A DNA stretch of 64,000 nucleotides from Marsupella aquatica (GCA_973895155.1 OZ316896.1:23406967-23470966); one strand, 5' to 3'. Shown: positions 49,240-60,030, numbered from the stretch's first letter. Translations and numbers: made by a program. The notes: a model not told the origin generated them from the sequence alone.

Positions 49240-52200
49240 TGTGGTGCGTCCCATGGCTCCCTAAACCCAAGAAACCCCCCAGCTCAAGCCGATTCCCGCA
49301 GGTTTCGTGCTTGGCGAGGCCGTTTCCGCGGCTTAGCGGCATGGGACGCTGCTAACCTTCTACTACTACTATTAACATTTTACACACATATACTGGACAG
49401 ATCCTTCATCGGGTCATGAGATACGTAGCCGGCCTAATATAGGCCTTCCCCTGTCTTCCCCTGTCTTCCCCTCCGTCTTGTTAGGTATGTTTGGATTCCG
49501 CCGCCGGAATGATCCCCAATAGGCTTGGTTAAGCCGCTAAGACCTCTCTCAGCTCGACACATCCAACTCTCACTCCCCTGCTTACTTTCCTTCCTTCTGT
49601 TGATGTGGGCACTCTTCACACAAGTTAATGCGACACACAAATAGCAAAATGACTCATTCTGACTGAGTCATACCATGCACTTGCCATACAAACAGTACAT
49701 CTCATACACAAGTTCTGCGAACTAAGCCGTGAGGCCAACTCTATTCAGCTCTTAGGCATGAGGAAACATGAATATACACAAGGGTCACTGTATGACTAAC
49801 CGAGAGCTTCTCGTACTACTTGATCCCAACCCGGCTGGTGCAAACTAAAAACTTGCTAAAGAAGAGGCCCTGAGCTCCCCGCTGCCCAGGTACTTATCCT
49901 GGTAGTGGATCCGCCATTCTTTGCATTGTAAGCCTAATCTACTTAACAGTAATCTACTTGCCCGAATCTACCTATGTACAGCAAGGCAGGAGCACAAGTG
50001 TTGCTCCTACCAGTGGGACCGCAATCCCACTAAGCTAAGTGTCAGGGCCGCTCCTGGTTCTGATCCTAATCCTAAACGTGGAGATCCGCGCCCGCCCTGC
50101 CCACTCACGCCTCCTCCCTCCACGTCCGCCCTCCCTAAAAGGAACGGCGCCCTTGCACCGTCACGACACCGGTGGTGGATCCTCAATGGACGCCCCCAAC
50201 ACTTCCTCCTCAGCCACTGCCGTTGGCCCGCCTACTGACAGATTACCTGCCCTTGACTGAGTCAACTCTCCCTCGGCCTGACTGGGTCCACCTTCGGCTT
50301 CAGCCTCGACACCGGCCTCGGCAATACCCACGGCTTCGGCCTCAGCCACTCCCTCGGCTTCGGCTTCCCCTTCCCCTAGGGTAGTTGGATCCTTAGCCGT
50401 GACCCTGTCTGGGGTCGGTGCTGGGTCTACCTCCTTGATCACCACGGCCTGTGAAGTCGTATTACTCCTTGACCCTGAAGGTTTCCGCTTCTTCTTCGTT
50501 GGTGGCTCGGCAGCTGGTCCCTTCCCCTTCCCACTTAATTCCGGCACTGGTGCAGGTGGCGCGGCTTGTCCTTCGGCAATTACCACCCCTGGTAACTGGT
50601 TTGTCCCAACAGGAGATGGACCTGCTGCAGCTAAGCATTTAAATACTGCGGCTTGTTTCTTCAGCCGCTCTGTTTGGTTGTCGGCCCGCCGCTGTAGGTT
50701 CTCCATCTTCCTCGTGATTTCCTCCAACTCCTCTTGGGTTTCATCCAGGTCCTTACGTGCCCCCTCCAGCTCGTTTTTGGCCTCCTCCTGCTCCCTGTGG
50801 GCTTCCTCCAATTCCTTCTTCAAGGTAGCCTTCTCCTCCTGGGTTGCTCTTAGCTCCTTGTCGAGCTCTGCAATGATGACAGACTCCATCTGGTTCATCT
50901 TGGCGTAAGTCTGTTCGAGCATCTCGTCCTTCTCCCTTAGGTCGGCCTTGAAGCTGGCCGTCAGGGACGCAAGCTCCTGCTGCAGCGCCATAATCCCTTG
51001 ATAGGATTTCCCTAACTCGACCTCCTTCTGCTCAAGGGCTCCGCGGATTTTCTCGAGCTCCCCTTTCAACGCCCATTCCTTTCTTTGGGTCTCCGCCATG
51101 GCCCGGCTGTTGGCTGTTATGTGGGCCTCCTCTGTATTCTTCAGCTCTTGCTTCCACTTCTCCCTCTCTTTGATCGTGTCGGCCAACTCTTCCTGCGTTT
51201 GAGTCAGTTTATCCTTGATATTCTGATTATCAGCCTGCGCGGCGTCCAACTGCCCCTGCATGATGTTCAGCTCATGTTGTTTAATCCGCAGTTCATCTTG
51301 GGCTTTCTTGGCCGCCCTTAGATCTTCAATCTCGGCTCCCATCCTCCTAAGCCGCCGAATGACCTCGTCCTTCTTGCTTCTCTCTAAAGCCACCGCTTCT
51401 TCTAATTGGTGCTTCTCCAACTGCTCCCTATGGAAAAAGGGTCCTACCTCCAACTCCTCTCCAAAGATGCCGAGCGCAAGTTCCCCACACATCTCACCAT
51501 ACTCCATGGCTCTATTCTTAGCGTAGGTGGAGTAAGTAGAAGTGATCGGCATCGCCCATCGTGGCCTCTGCTCCCAAGCCGTCCTGCGGATCTCTTCAAT
51601 CGTGGCTAGAGGTTTGCTTCCTTTTTCGGCTAGCCGCCTGATGTCCTCCGGCCAATCTCCTCCTGGTAAATCCTTTTCCTTAGCCAGGGCGGCCTCTTCC
51701 TCCTGCTTGATTCGCTCCTGAAATTCCTGCACCGTCTGTTTTATGCCGTCGAAGCTCGGGGGAGCAACATCTGGTGGGGGAGACTCAGGGCTACTCTGCT
51801 GGTTGGGGTCCCCTCGCACTACCCTTGGAAGTGTGGGGACAAACCGGCCACAGGTCCTTACTCCTGGAACGTGATGGTCCGACCCATAGCCGGAATTATC
51901 ATGGCTGCAGTCCTCCACTGCCTCCTCTACCTCTTGGATTTCCGGCTTCTCCCTCTCCTCTTCCTCGGTAGGAGCTTCAGGCAATTCTGCCTCAGATTCG
52001 GAGCTTGAGGTTCCCACGTACATTCGAACACCTGGCTTGGATTCCGGCCTGATTCTCTCCTTGTCTCCAGCAAAGGGGTTTTCTCTTGTGAGCCGGTGTC
52101 GGCCTACCTCTGTAGTAGTGTCCTGCATTGTTGCCGTTGCCGTTGTTGTTGCCGATGCCGATTTCTTTTCTTTCTCCAGTAGTTTCAGCAGACTCTGCAT

Positions 52201-53875
52201 GCCTGGTTGCTGCATCGGCAAGTCTTCCTTCCTGGGCCTAAACACCTGCTCGATCGTAGGACTAACAGGTGGTTGAGGCTTCTCAGCCAACGGCCTCGGC
52301 GTTGGAGCTTCCTCGGGTGCCCTTACCTGCAGGGGAAGTACCGGGGCAAAAGTCTGACCTCTGGCATACCGGCACAACAGCGGCATGTGATAGCCAAGCC
52401 GCGACACGCTCCCCATGCCGATTACCTGCTGCTCCTCCTTTAAGATCTTCTTCAATTGGTTGAGGAGGTACCCGTTGTAGTCCCGGCTTGGGTCTGGCCT
52501 TTCTGCCAGATAGACCTGTGCCTTGCCGATCTCTGCCCTCGGCAAGTTACAATGCATGGTCACCCGCAAGAAGTCGATCATCTCTCCTATGTGCGGGTTG
52601 GTGCAGGTGTTCCGGAAGAAGCCATTCTTCGTTGATGGCCCGGGGAACGACCGGAACTCCTTGTCAGGCAAGGTCTTCCTGGTATCAACTTTGGTCTTAT
52701 TGCCCATCGGCAAGCCAAACACTTCGGCAATCACCTTGGGAGTAAGATAGAAATCCTTCCCATATATCCTCGTGCAATTGGTCTCGGGTTCCCATGACCC
52801 CACGAATTCTAATAGGTCTGACTCCGGTACCTCCGGCTTCAGCCATGGTAATCTTACAAAGGCCTCCAAGCCGGATCCGGCCATGAAGCCTTGGTACTTC
52901 TTGGTCTGCATGGCCGTAAAGCATGCATCCTCCTCCCGTGCAAAATGTAGTTGCACCTCCACCGGTAGGGTTGCCGCCCAGCCCTTCCAGGTGTCATCCC
53001 TGGTTGGAATGGCCTTGATGGGATCGACCTCCTCCTCTTCGGCTTCTCCCTGCCTCCTGCTCTGCTGCTCGGCTGGCTTCTTTGGTGCCGCCGACCTCGT
53101 TCTTTTTGCTGGGGTGGCTTCATCGTTGACGGCTCCCTTCCTCTTCATCTCTGCTGCCGTGGAGGTTTCTCCTAGCACCGTTGCCTGGGTCCACCTTTCC
53201 GTGCTACCCTTTAATTCCCAGTGTATGTCGTTGCAGTTCTTGATGGCCTCTCGGATGTCGACGACGCTGTCCTTGCAAAACAGAAGATCGTCGAGTTGAT
53301 TGGAAGTAGGCGTCCACAAGAACTCGTCCTTGATGAGTTCACCTCCTAAGAAAGCCGTCTTCTGCAGCTCCCACAATCGAGCGAGCTCCTGCCGTTCTCG
53401 AGCTGCCCTTTCTGACTCCTCGTCCTCGTAAGTCTTGATGTACTCAGTTGCCCGTTCGAACAGGCATCCCCAGAAATGTGCCGCTTGATTGACGTTGCTC
53501 ATACCCTCCTTAGGTTGATCGTCGGTATCTACTCTCTCCCCGAGTGCTTGCCTAAGCAGCTGACAATAGTTGGCCTCCCGTAGTCGTCTGCCTAGTTCGT
53601 GCTCGCAAATGAGCCACCATCTCCTGCAAGCGCTCCTTACCCCTCTCCTCTGCCGGTCCTTCTTCCCGTTGATCCTTCCTAGCCGCCGACGCTTAACGCG
53701 CCCTAACCCTAATCGGGTTTTCACCCTCAGCCTTACCTCCGGCCTCTGCCCGGGTTCCATGGTTGCCCCTAATTGTTTATATTTTCCTTGTTTTGTCACT
53801 ATACTAAGGTGTTCCTAGGGTGCCTTCCTGCTTTACCCACTTAACCGGCCGAGTGATTCCTGTCTAGGCATCACA
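49240..53875 (-). repeat. 3' LTR, 4636 bp
   Basis: Same termini and content as solo LTR 7514-12177; directly follows the PPT. Confidence 0.95.
50161..53502 (-). CDS. Intact LTR-encoded protein (1113 aa from MSNV; frame open upstream to 53799)
   Basis: Uninterrupted ORF inside the 3' LTR, same sense as gag-pol. Confidence 0.85.
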   Translation of the reverse strand: MSNVNQAAHFWGCLFERATEYIKTYEDEESERAARERQELARLWELQKTAFLGGELIKDEFLWTPTSNQLDDLLFCKDSVVDIREAIKNCNDIHWELKGSTERWTQATVLGETSTAAEMKRKGAVNDEATPAKRTRSAAPKKPAEQQSRRQGEAEEEEVDPIKAIPTRDDTWKGWAATLPVEVQLHFAREEDACFTAMQTKKYQGFMAGSGLEAFVRLPWLKPEVPESDLLEFVGSWEPETNCTRIYGKDFYLTPKVIAEVFGLPMGNKTKVDTRKTLPDKEFRSFPGPSTKNGFFRNTCTNPHIGEMIDFLRVTMHCNLPRAEIGKAQVYLAERPDPSRDYNGYLLNQLKKILKEEQQVIGMGSVSRLGYHMPLLCRYARGQTFAPVLPLQVRAPEEAPTPRPLAEKPQPPVSPTIEQVFRPRKEDLPMQQPGMQSLLKLLEKEKKSASATTTATATMQDTTTEVGRHRLTRENPFAGDKERIRPESKPGVRMYVGTSSSESEAELPEAPTEEEEREKPEIQEVEEAVEDCSHDNSGYGSDHHVPGVRTCGRFVPTLPRVVRGDPNQQSSPESPPPDVAPPSFDGIKQTVQEFQERIKQEEEAALAKEKDLPGGDWPEDIRRLAEKGSKPLATIEEIRRTAWEQRPRWAMPITSTYSTYAKNRAMEYGEMCGELALGIFGEELEVGPFFHREQLEKHQLEEAVALERSKKDEVIRRLRRMGAEIEDLRAAKKAQDELRIKQHELNIMQGQLDAAQADNQNIKDKLTQTQEELADTIKEREKWKQELKNTEEAHITANSRAMAETQRKEWALKGELEKIRGALEQKEVELGKSYQGIMALQQELASLTASFKADLREKDEMLEQTYAKMNQMESVIIAELDKELRATQEEKATLKKELEEAHREQEEAKNELEGARKDLDETQEELEEITRKMENLQRRADNQTERLKKQAAVFKCLAAAGPSPVGTNQLPGVVIAEGQAAPPAPVPELSGKGKGPAAEPPTKKKRKPSGSRSNTTSQAVVIKEVDPAPTPDRVTAKDPTTLGEGEAEAEGVAEAEAVGIAEAGVEAEAEGGPSQAEGELTQSRAGNLSVGGPTAVAEEEVLGASIEDPPPVS

Positions 53876-56800
53876 TAGCTCCCCACTTAATTGTGAAGCG
53901 TCCTCGCGAACAACTTCATCTTCGTCCATATAGTATTTCTTGAGGCGGTCATAATGGATGCGAACTGGATATACCTCTCCCGTAATGTTGGCCAATTGCA
54001 CGGAGCCATTGGGGAACATCATGGTTACTCGAAAGGGTCCTAACCAGCGAGTGTAAAGCTTCCCTGGAAACCTACTATACCTACTGTCATAAAGTAGCAC
54101 AAGATCACCGATATGAATACTAACTACTTTTAACCTTTTATCATACTGCTGCTTCATGATATTCTGTCTATATTCTACTCTCTCGGCTGAAATCATTCTC
54201 GCTTCCTCTAAAGCTTCTAACCTATATTCTCGCTCCTTTAGGCTCTCCTCCGCTGAGGCTCTTTCCTCAATTGTAACTTGAAATGTCGGTATCTCAAGTT
54301 GCGTGGGTACCAGGGCTTCTTGTCCAAAGGTTAAGAAGAAGGGTGTATGACCGGTAGTGGATTTATAGGCCAGATTGTAAGCAAAAACAGCAGCAAACAA
54401 TTTATCATCCCAATCGAGTTTGTTCTGAGCTACTGTCTTGTTCAATATCTTTCCTATGATTCCGTTTGCTCGTTCTGTCAACCCGTTTGCCTTTGGATGG
54501 TAGGGAGTAGTAGGCCTATGTTTAACTAAATACTGCTCATTTAAACGACTAATTATATCATTCAAAAAATGGGTTCCTCTATCACTAACTAATTCTAGGG
54601 GTGCTCCATACCTGGTGAAGATCTGCTCATACATGAATCTAGCCGTAGTAATTGCATCATCCTTCGTTGTTGGTCTGGCCTCTACCCATTTAGTTGCATA
54701 ATCCGTAGCCAGGATTATGTACTTGTTCCGTCGAGGGTGGGTCAGTGGTTTCAGAGGTCCAATGTAATCAATACCCCACTTCTCGAATGGTGCCAGAGGT
54801 AGAATAGGGTGCAGTGGATGCCTGGTGGACGCCCTTGGTCCGCCCGCTCGTTGACAAGGATCGCATTGTTTGATAAACTGATAGACATCTTTGTGCAAGG
54901 TGGGCCACCAGTAACCGGCATTTAATATCTTCTTAGACGTGGTTACTGGGGCAAAATGTCCTCCGGCCTCCTCTCCATGCATGGCCCGTAGGACTCGTTT
55001 TACCTCTCTCTTCTCCAAACACCTTTGAATCGTGCCGTTGATTCCATGCTTGTGCAGTATGCCTTTAATGCACTGATACTGTCTGACCTTCCGCACAAAG
55101 ACTGCGGCTTGCTCTCGGCTTAATCCTGGCTGTAATCTGGAAGTGCTGAGAAATTGTAAAATCTCAGGGTACCATGTACCAGCTATTTCCACAACGAATA
55201 GCTCCTCGTCGGGGAATCGATCATCGATGCAATCCGTGGCAGGTTTACCTGTGATCCTTGAAAAGAAGTCGGCATTGGCATGTAACTTTCCCGGCTTGAT
55301 CCTCAGCTCATAGTCAAACTCCTGTAATAGCAAAATCCATCTTGCTACTCTGCCTGTAAGGTCCGGCTTATTGACTAGGTACTTCAAACTTTCATGATCA
55401 GTATGAAAGATTACCTTGTACCCTAGTAAATAATGCCTAAACTTTTTACAAGAATAAATGACTCCTAATGCTTCTCTTTCCGTGGTAGAGTAGTTCCGTT
55501 CGGCATCGGCAAGCTGACGGCTTGCGAAGTATATGGGATGGTCCCTTCCTTTCTCATCCAACTGACTTAGTACTGAGCCAATACAGAAGCCCGAGACATC
55601 TACAAAAACATGAAAATCTTTGTTCCAGTCCGGTGCTATCATGACTGGGGCCTCTACTAACATCTGCTTCAATTCTACCACCGCTGTGACTCGTTCGGGT
55701 GTGGGTTCGAAGTTTGCTCCTGCCTTGAGCATATTGGTTAATGGTAAAGCTAGCTTGGCAAAATCCTTGATGAACCGGCGATAGTAACCAATGCATCCCA
55801 AGAAGGATCTTACATCCTTTATGTTCTTAGGTTGCATGATATCTAGCCATACTGCTAGCTTACCTTTGTCAATCTCAATGCCCTTCCTTGATACCTTGTG
55901 ACCTAGTAGCACCCCCTCGGTTACTGCAAAAAAACATTTATCTGGGTGTAACTTGAGACCCACCTCCCTACATCTCATGAAGGTTTTCCTGAGGTATTTA
56001 GCATGTTTCGATGCCTTCCCGAATACTGCAAAGTCATCAATGAAGATTTCCATGAACTTTCTCAAGTAATCATGAAAAATGTTCACCATTAATCGTTGGA
56101 ACATAGCTGGTGCGTTGCAGAGTCCAAACGGCATACGATTGAAGACATAGATCCCCCATTCCGTGATGAAGGCCGTCTTGATTTGGTCTTCCTGCCGAAT
56201 CCTGATTTGGTTATAACCAGAGTATCCATCCATGAATGAATATAGTTCATGACTGGCTACCATGTCTAGTACCATATCAGTAAACGGTAAAGGAAAATGG
56301 TCTTTTAATGTTGCTTCATTCAGCTTCCTGTAATCCTGACAAACCCGGATCTTGGTTTTACCATCGGGTCCCGCTTTCTTGGGAACTATCACAATTGGAG
56401 ACACCCAGTCTGAATGCAGGACTGGAGTGATGAATCCAGCTTCCACTAGTTTGTCGATTTCTGTTTTGACCAGCAGGGAATACTTCGGGTTCATCCTTCG
56501 AATTGGTTGTCGAAATGATTTGGCTCCTAACATGAGATCAATTCGATGTTCCCCTAGTGTTGGATCTACGCCCTTTAGATCTTGGTGACTCCATGCAAAC
56601 ACATCCTGAAATTCAATCAATAAGTCACTGATCTCTTTCTCGAGCTCAGGTGCTAGGTTTCTCCCTAAGTTCAGTTCTCTTCCCTCTCCTAAGTCGAGCT
56701 TCCGATATTGCCGTGCTTGGATCATATTAATCTGCTTCTTCAAATTCGGGTCCAGTTCGGCTTCCAGTCTCTCTAATCTCATACCTCCATAAACTGGGAT

Positions 56801-57106
56801 CTCGGCTGGACTAGCCGAGTCGGTCCCTTCCTTGGTGTCCATAGATTGTCCCCTTACCGGTCTATTCGGTTTTGAATTAGTGGTCGGCTCCCCTTCCTGC
56901 CTTGGCTCTGGATCGTGTCTGTCCATCTCATCCACCTCTTGCTCCTGAGAGTTAGGCCGCTGTGCTCTCTCGGCTTCTAATAGGGCCTCAATTCGTTCTG
57001 CCCTCGTAATCGGCTTGTATGCCGATCCCTTGGTATTTAATTCCTTGCCGATGATCGATGGCGTTGTGGACCCCGTCGGCTCTGCCACAACGCCTGCAGA
57101 AAATCC
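53864..57106 (-). CDS. pol: Pol: RT, RNase H, integrase (HHCC, DDE core, GPF; no chromodomain), in the -1 frame relative to gag-pro
   Basis: FIDD, VDVSG...EREAL...TDH, H-x6-H...CDPC, WGIDYIGP, SDRG, WLGPF. RT-RH-IN order is Ty3/Gypsy. Confidence 0.97.
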   Translation of the reverse strand, partial: GFSAGVVAEPTGSTTPSIIGKELNTKGSAYKPITRAERIEALLEAERAQRPNSQEQEVDEMDRHDPEPRQEGEPTTNSKPNRPVRGQSMDTKEGTDSASPAEIPVYGGMRLERLEAELDPNLKKQINMIQARQYRKLDLGEGRELNLGRNLAPELEKEISDLLIEFQDVFAWSHQDLKGVDPTLGEHRIDLMLGAKSFRQPIRRMNPKYSLLVKTEIDKLVEAGFITPVLHSDWVSPIVIVPKKAGPDGKTKIRVCQDYRKLNEATLKDHFPLPFTDMVLDMVASHELYSFMDGYSGYNQIRIRQEDQIKTAFITEWGIYVFNRMPFGLCNAPAMFQRLMVNIFHDYLRKFMEIFIDDFAVFGKASKHAKYLRKTFMRCREVGLKLHPDKCFFAVTEGVLLGHKVSRKGIEIDKGKLAVWLDIMQPKNIKDVRSFLGCIGYYRRFIKDFAKLALPLTNMLKAGANFEPTPERVTAVVELKQMLVEAPVMIAPDWNKDFHVFVDVSGFCIGSVLSQLDEKGRDHPIYFASRQLADAERNYSTTEREALGVIYSCKKFRHYLLGYKVIFHTDHESLKYLVNKPDLTGRVARWILLLQEFDYELRIKPGKLHANADFFSRITGKPATDCIDDRFPDEELFVVEIAGTWYPEILQFLSTSRLQPGLSREQAAVFVRKVRQYQCIKGILHKHGINGTIQRCLEKREVKRVLRAMHGEEAGGHFAPVTTSKKILNAGYWWPTLHKDVYQFIKQCDPCQRAGGPRASTRHPLHPILPLAPFEKWGIDYIGPLKPLTHPRRNKYIILATDYATKWVEARPTTKDDAITTARFMYEQIFTRYGAPLELVSDRGTHFLNDIISRLNEQYLVKHRPTTPYHPKANGLTERANGIIGKILNKTVAQNKLDWDDKLFAAVFAYNLAYKSTTGHTPFFLTFGQEALVPTQLEIPTFQVTIEERASAEESLKEREYRLEALEEARMISAERVEYRQNIMKQQYDKRLKVVSIHIGDLVLLYDSRYSRFPGKLYTRWLGPFRVTMMFPNGSVQLANITGEVYPVRIHYDRLKKYYMDEDEVVREDASQLSGELCDA
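53876..53890 (-). promoter_or_regulatory. Polypurine tract, lying within the integrase coding end
   Basis: TTAAGTGGGGAGCTA followed by TGTGATG. Confidence 0.7.
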
Positions 57107-60030
57107 ACTGTCCCTGCTACTGCTCCCCACTTAGCCGTTTCATCCAATTGGTCTACATCCTTAACTTCCTCCGGAATTGCAGCTAAAAAGGTGGATTCTA
57201 TTGTAAAGCAGTCCTCGACCTCTTCGTCTTCTTCTTCCAAGTCACCTTCCATTGGTTCTTGCCATAATCCGCTGGGGGGTACCTCTGGTCCAAAGACACC
57301 TTCTTCGGTTAGGTTAGTGAAGCATTCTAACCAACGTACTTCATCGGCTGACTCCAGTCCACTATCGTACCCATCTACTTCCCTTATGCTTTTCCTACGG
57401 TCATCCTTAGTGTCCCAGGATACCGTGATAGAGGGGGTCCCGAAAGTGAACTGCTTTTTACCCCAATCTTCTATTACCTCGGCTAGGTACAGCCATGGCC
57501 TACCAATCAATAGCCGGAATGACGTAGGATTTACCGGCTTCATTACTACATAGTTAATGCTAAAGAAGATACCTCCTATCTCTGTCTTGATGCCGGTTAA
57601 CACTCCCGTAGGAATGACCTGATATCCATTGGCCATGTTCAACACTCTTCCAGTCATCTCCGGTGTTAGACCCCACCCTTTTGCTGTTGAATCAATCATA
57701 ATACATACCCCTGATCCTCCATCGATGGGTACCCGTAGTAATAATTCTCCTTGAATCATTAATGGTAATGCTGGGGCTCCTTGATCTTCTTCTATCATTA
57801 GTACGTCGGATCTGGTTGCTACCTTGGGTAATCTCGGCTTGCCGAGAATAGCCTTCCTTAATTGCTTCCGGAAGTACGGGCTATTTTTCAATAGTTGACC
57901 TACTGTTGCCGAGACTCTAGATTCTAGTACATCTTTAGCCAGGTCATAGGGAACAATCGGCTTCTCTTCTGGTGGTGTTTCCGTCTTGGATTCGGCCAGT
58001 TTTGCCACGCTAGTCTCCACAGCTGTTGGGTCTTCCGAAGCAAACAATGCTTTTGCTCGTTTTACATCCTTGGCAATGGCTTCGGTATTCTCCAGGGTTT
58101 CTAATTCTCTTAGTTGTTCCTTAACACTAGCCGTAACAGAGGGGTAGAACAACTTAGGATGATCTCGATTGAAGTCGCTATCTTGTGAAGGATTGGTTTC
58201 ACTGGTGGGCTCATGGCTTACCTGTATTGCCGGAGCCCTCCCTTCTCCTTCTGTTGATGTTGACGAAGAGTCGATCCTTTCCTCCGTAACCTTCCCTTTA
58301 TTTTTGGCCAGCCCATCCCACCTTTCCTTCCTTCTGGTAGATCGAGTAGAGACCCGGTAGCAATTATGATCTAAATCCTCCTCTGAGAAGGTTGATAGGG
58401 CTTCGGCCTCATCATCAGATGGTACGAACTCTGCCTCGGCATCCTCTTGCCATCCTAGTTCGATGTGGTTGATTTGAACTCCTCCGGGGGTAGTACCTGG
58501 CGGTAAGATCTTGATCGGCAAAAGCTTATGATTTGCGGCCAGGCCTGCCAACCAAGTAGGACATTGCCCTAACATATGACCTTCCTGTCGGCATCCCATA
58601 CATAGCTGAGCTGGTTGTCCATCACCCTGTTTGCGTGCATTCGGGCATTCTCTAGCAAAATGGCCAGGTTGACCACAATTATAGCACGCCGCAAATCTTT
58701 GCACATTCGGCCTAGGAGGTACTGACGGGTTCTGAATAATCCGAGGATACATCTCTCCTGGATTGTTCCTTAACCCTGACCACAGAGATGCAGGTCTGTT
58801 GGATAGGTCTCGTGCTCCAGTCTCACTGATGCCGAAAACACTATCAGCGGCATCTCCCAAAAAGTACTCTACTTCTCCCTGACATGGTCTGATCTCGGCC
58901 ACATGCCGAACATGATTAGTATTAAGCTTAGGACAAGCATCTTTATGGTGTCCGGTTTTATAACATAAGGCACACCATACAGAGCTATCCTCCTGTACTA
59001 CCTTCTTCTTTGGTTTTACCTCTGCAATGATAGCCTTAAGTTGCTCGGTAAGGGCTACGATGTTATCTGGTGGCTTAGCCTCCATCTTGACTTTCGTCTT
59101 CCCTCTCCTTCTGCCCTTCCTTTTCCTAGTTTTTTCTTCTTCAGAACTAGAAGATGACTCACTCTTGCTACTCCCACTATTCGAGCTTGACTTATCACTT
59201 CTAGACTTCTTGGAATGTTTCTTCTTCTTATCTTTTTTCTTATGGGGTGATCCCTCCTCTGATGAGGAACTCTCAGACTTAAGCTGTTTCTTCCGGCTTG
59301 TGATATCTGCATTAATGTATAATTGAATATCCTTAATTGCTTCGGCTAAAGTCTCCGGGTTCTCCTTCCTAATTGCAAAACTCATCTTCTGTGGCAAAGC
59401 ATTCACCAACCATTGAAGTTGCATACCTTCAGATGCATTGGTCTTTGTACGTCTTACCAGTTTCTGAAAGCGTTGCAAGAACTTCCTGAAGGATTTGTTC
59501 TCCTTGAACCGAAGTTGTCCCAACTTCAGCACTGCTAGTTCTGAAGTTCCAATGGGTCGAAACTCCTTAACAAAGAGTGTTTTGAAGATATCCCAGATGG
59601 CTTGATCTTCCACATCTAATGCTCTGTACCAAGGCCTAGCCTCACCCTTGAACAGGCCGGGAAGAATCTGCATCTTGATGGCCGATTCTCCATTTGCTGC
59701 AGCGGTTCCCTCGAAATCATCCAACCATTCGTCCGGATCCTCATCTCCTCTCCCATGAAATGCCTTGTAATGTATGCGCGACCGCTGGCTCAATCTGGTC
59801 CCTGGCCTCTCGTCTGGCCGTGCCTCTGGTTCCCCCATGTCGGTTGGAGACTCACTTCTCCTTACCGACTCTTCTTCTGGTATGTCTTCTTCGACGCCAC
59901 TTCCAGTTTCGGAGCTACCAGCTCTTTCTGCCCCTCTCAGTCGCTGTGTATCATGCCACCCGGCGAGCTGCTGCAGTCGAGCTCTCTCCCGTTGAATCAC
60001 TCTTTCTTCCCTCGGCGTAAGGTCAGTCAT
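57037..60030 (-). CDS. gag: Gag-protease, 997 aa, three CCHC zinc knuckles
   Basis: CALCYKTGHHKDAC, CYNCGQPGHFAREC, CMGCRQEGHMLGQC; aspartic protease IDGGSG...LLIGRPWL. Confidence 0.95.
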   Translation of the reverse strand: MTDLTPREERVIQRERARLQQLAGWHDTQRLRGAERAGSSETGSGVEEDIPEEESVRRSESPTDMGEPEARPDERPGTRLSQRSRIHYKAFHGRGDEDPDEWLDDFEGTAAANGESAIKMQILPGLFKGEARPWYRALDVEDQAIWDIFKTLFVKEFRPIGTSELAVLKLGQLRFKENKSFRKFLQRFQKLVRRTKTNASEGMQLQWLVNALPQKMSFAIRKENPETLAEAIKDIQLYINADITSRKKQLKSESSSSEEGSPHKKKDKKKKHSKKSRSDKSSSNSGSSKSESSSSSEEEKTRKRKGRRRGKTKVKMEAKPPDNIVALTEQLKAIIAEVKPKKKVVQEDSSVWCALCYKTGHHKDACPKLNTNHVRHVAEIRPCQGEVEYFLGDAADSVFGISETGARDLSNRPASLWSGLRNNPGEMYPRIIQNPSVPPRPNVQRFAACYNCGQPGHFARECPNARKQGDGQPAQLCMGCRQEGHMLGQCPTWLAGLAANHKLLPIKILPPGTTPGGVQINHIELGWQEDAEAEFVPSDDEAEALSTFSEEDLDHNCYRVSTRSTRRKERWDGLAKNKGKVTEERIDSSSTSTEGEGRAPAIQVSHEPTSETNPSQDSDFNRDHPKLFYPSVTASVKEQLRELETLENTEAIAKDVKRAKALFASEDPTAVETSVAKLAESKTETPPEEKPIVPYDLAKDVLESRVSATVGQLLKNSPYFRKQLRKAILGKPRLPKVATRSDVLMIEEDQGAPALPLMIQGELLLRVPIDGGSGVCIMIDSTAKGWGLTPEMTGRVLNMANGYQVIPTGVLTGIKTEIGGIFFSINYVVMKPVNPTSFRLLIGRPWLYLAEVIEDWGKKQFTFGTPSITVSWDTKDDRRKSIREVDGYDSGLESADEVRWLECFTNLTEEGVFGPEVPPSGLWQEPMEGDLEEEDEEVEDCFTIESTFLAAIPEEVKDVDQLDETAKWGAVAGTVDFLQALWQSRRGPQRHRSSARN
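57047..57106 (-). promoter_or_regulatory. Putative -1 ribosomal frameshift signal
   Basis: G_GAT_TTT (57106-57100) in the gag frame, 5-nt spacer, 10-bp stem plus a possible 5-bp pseudoknot stem. Confidence 0.8.
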
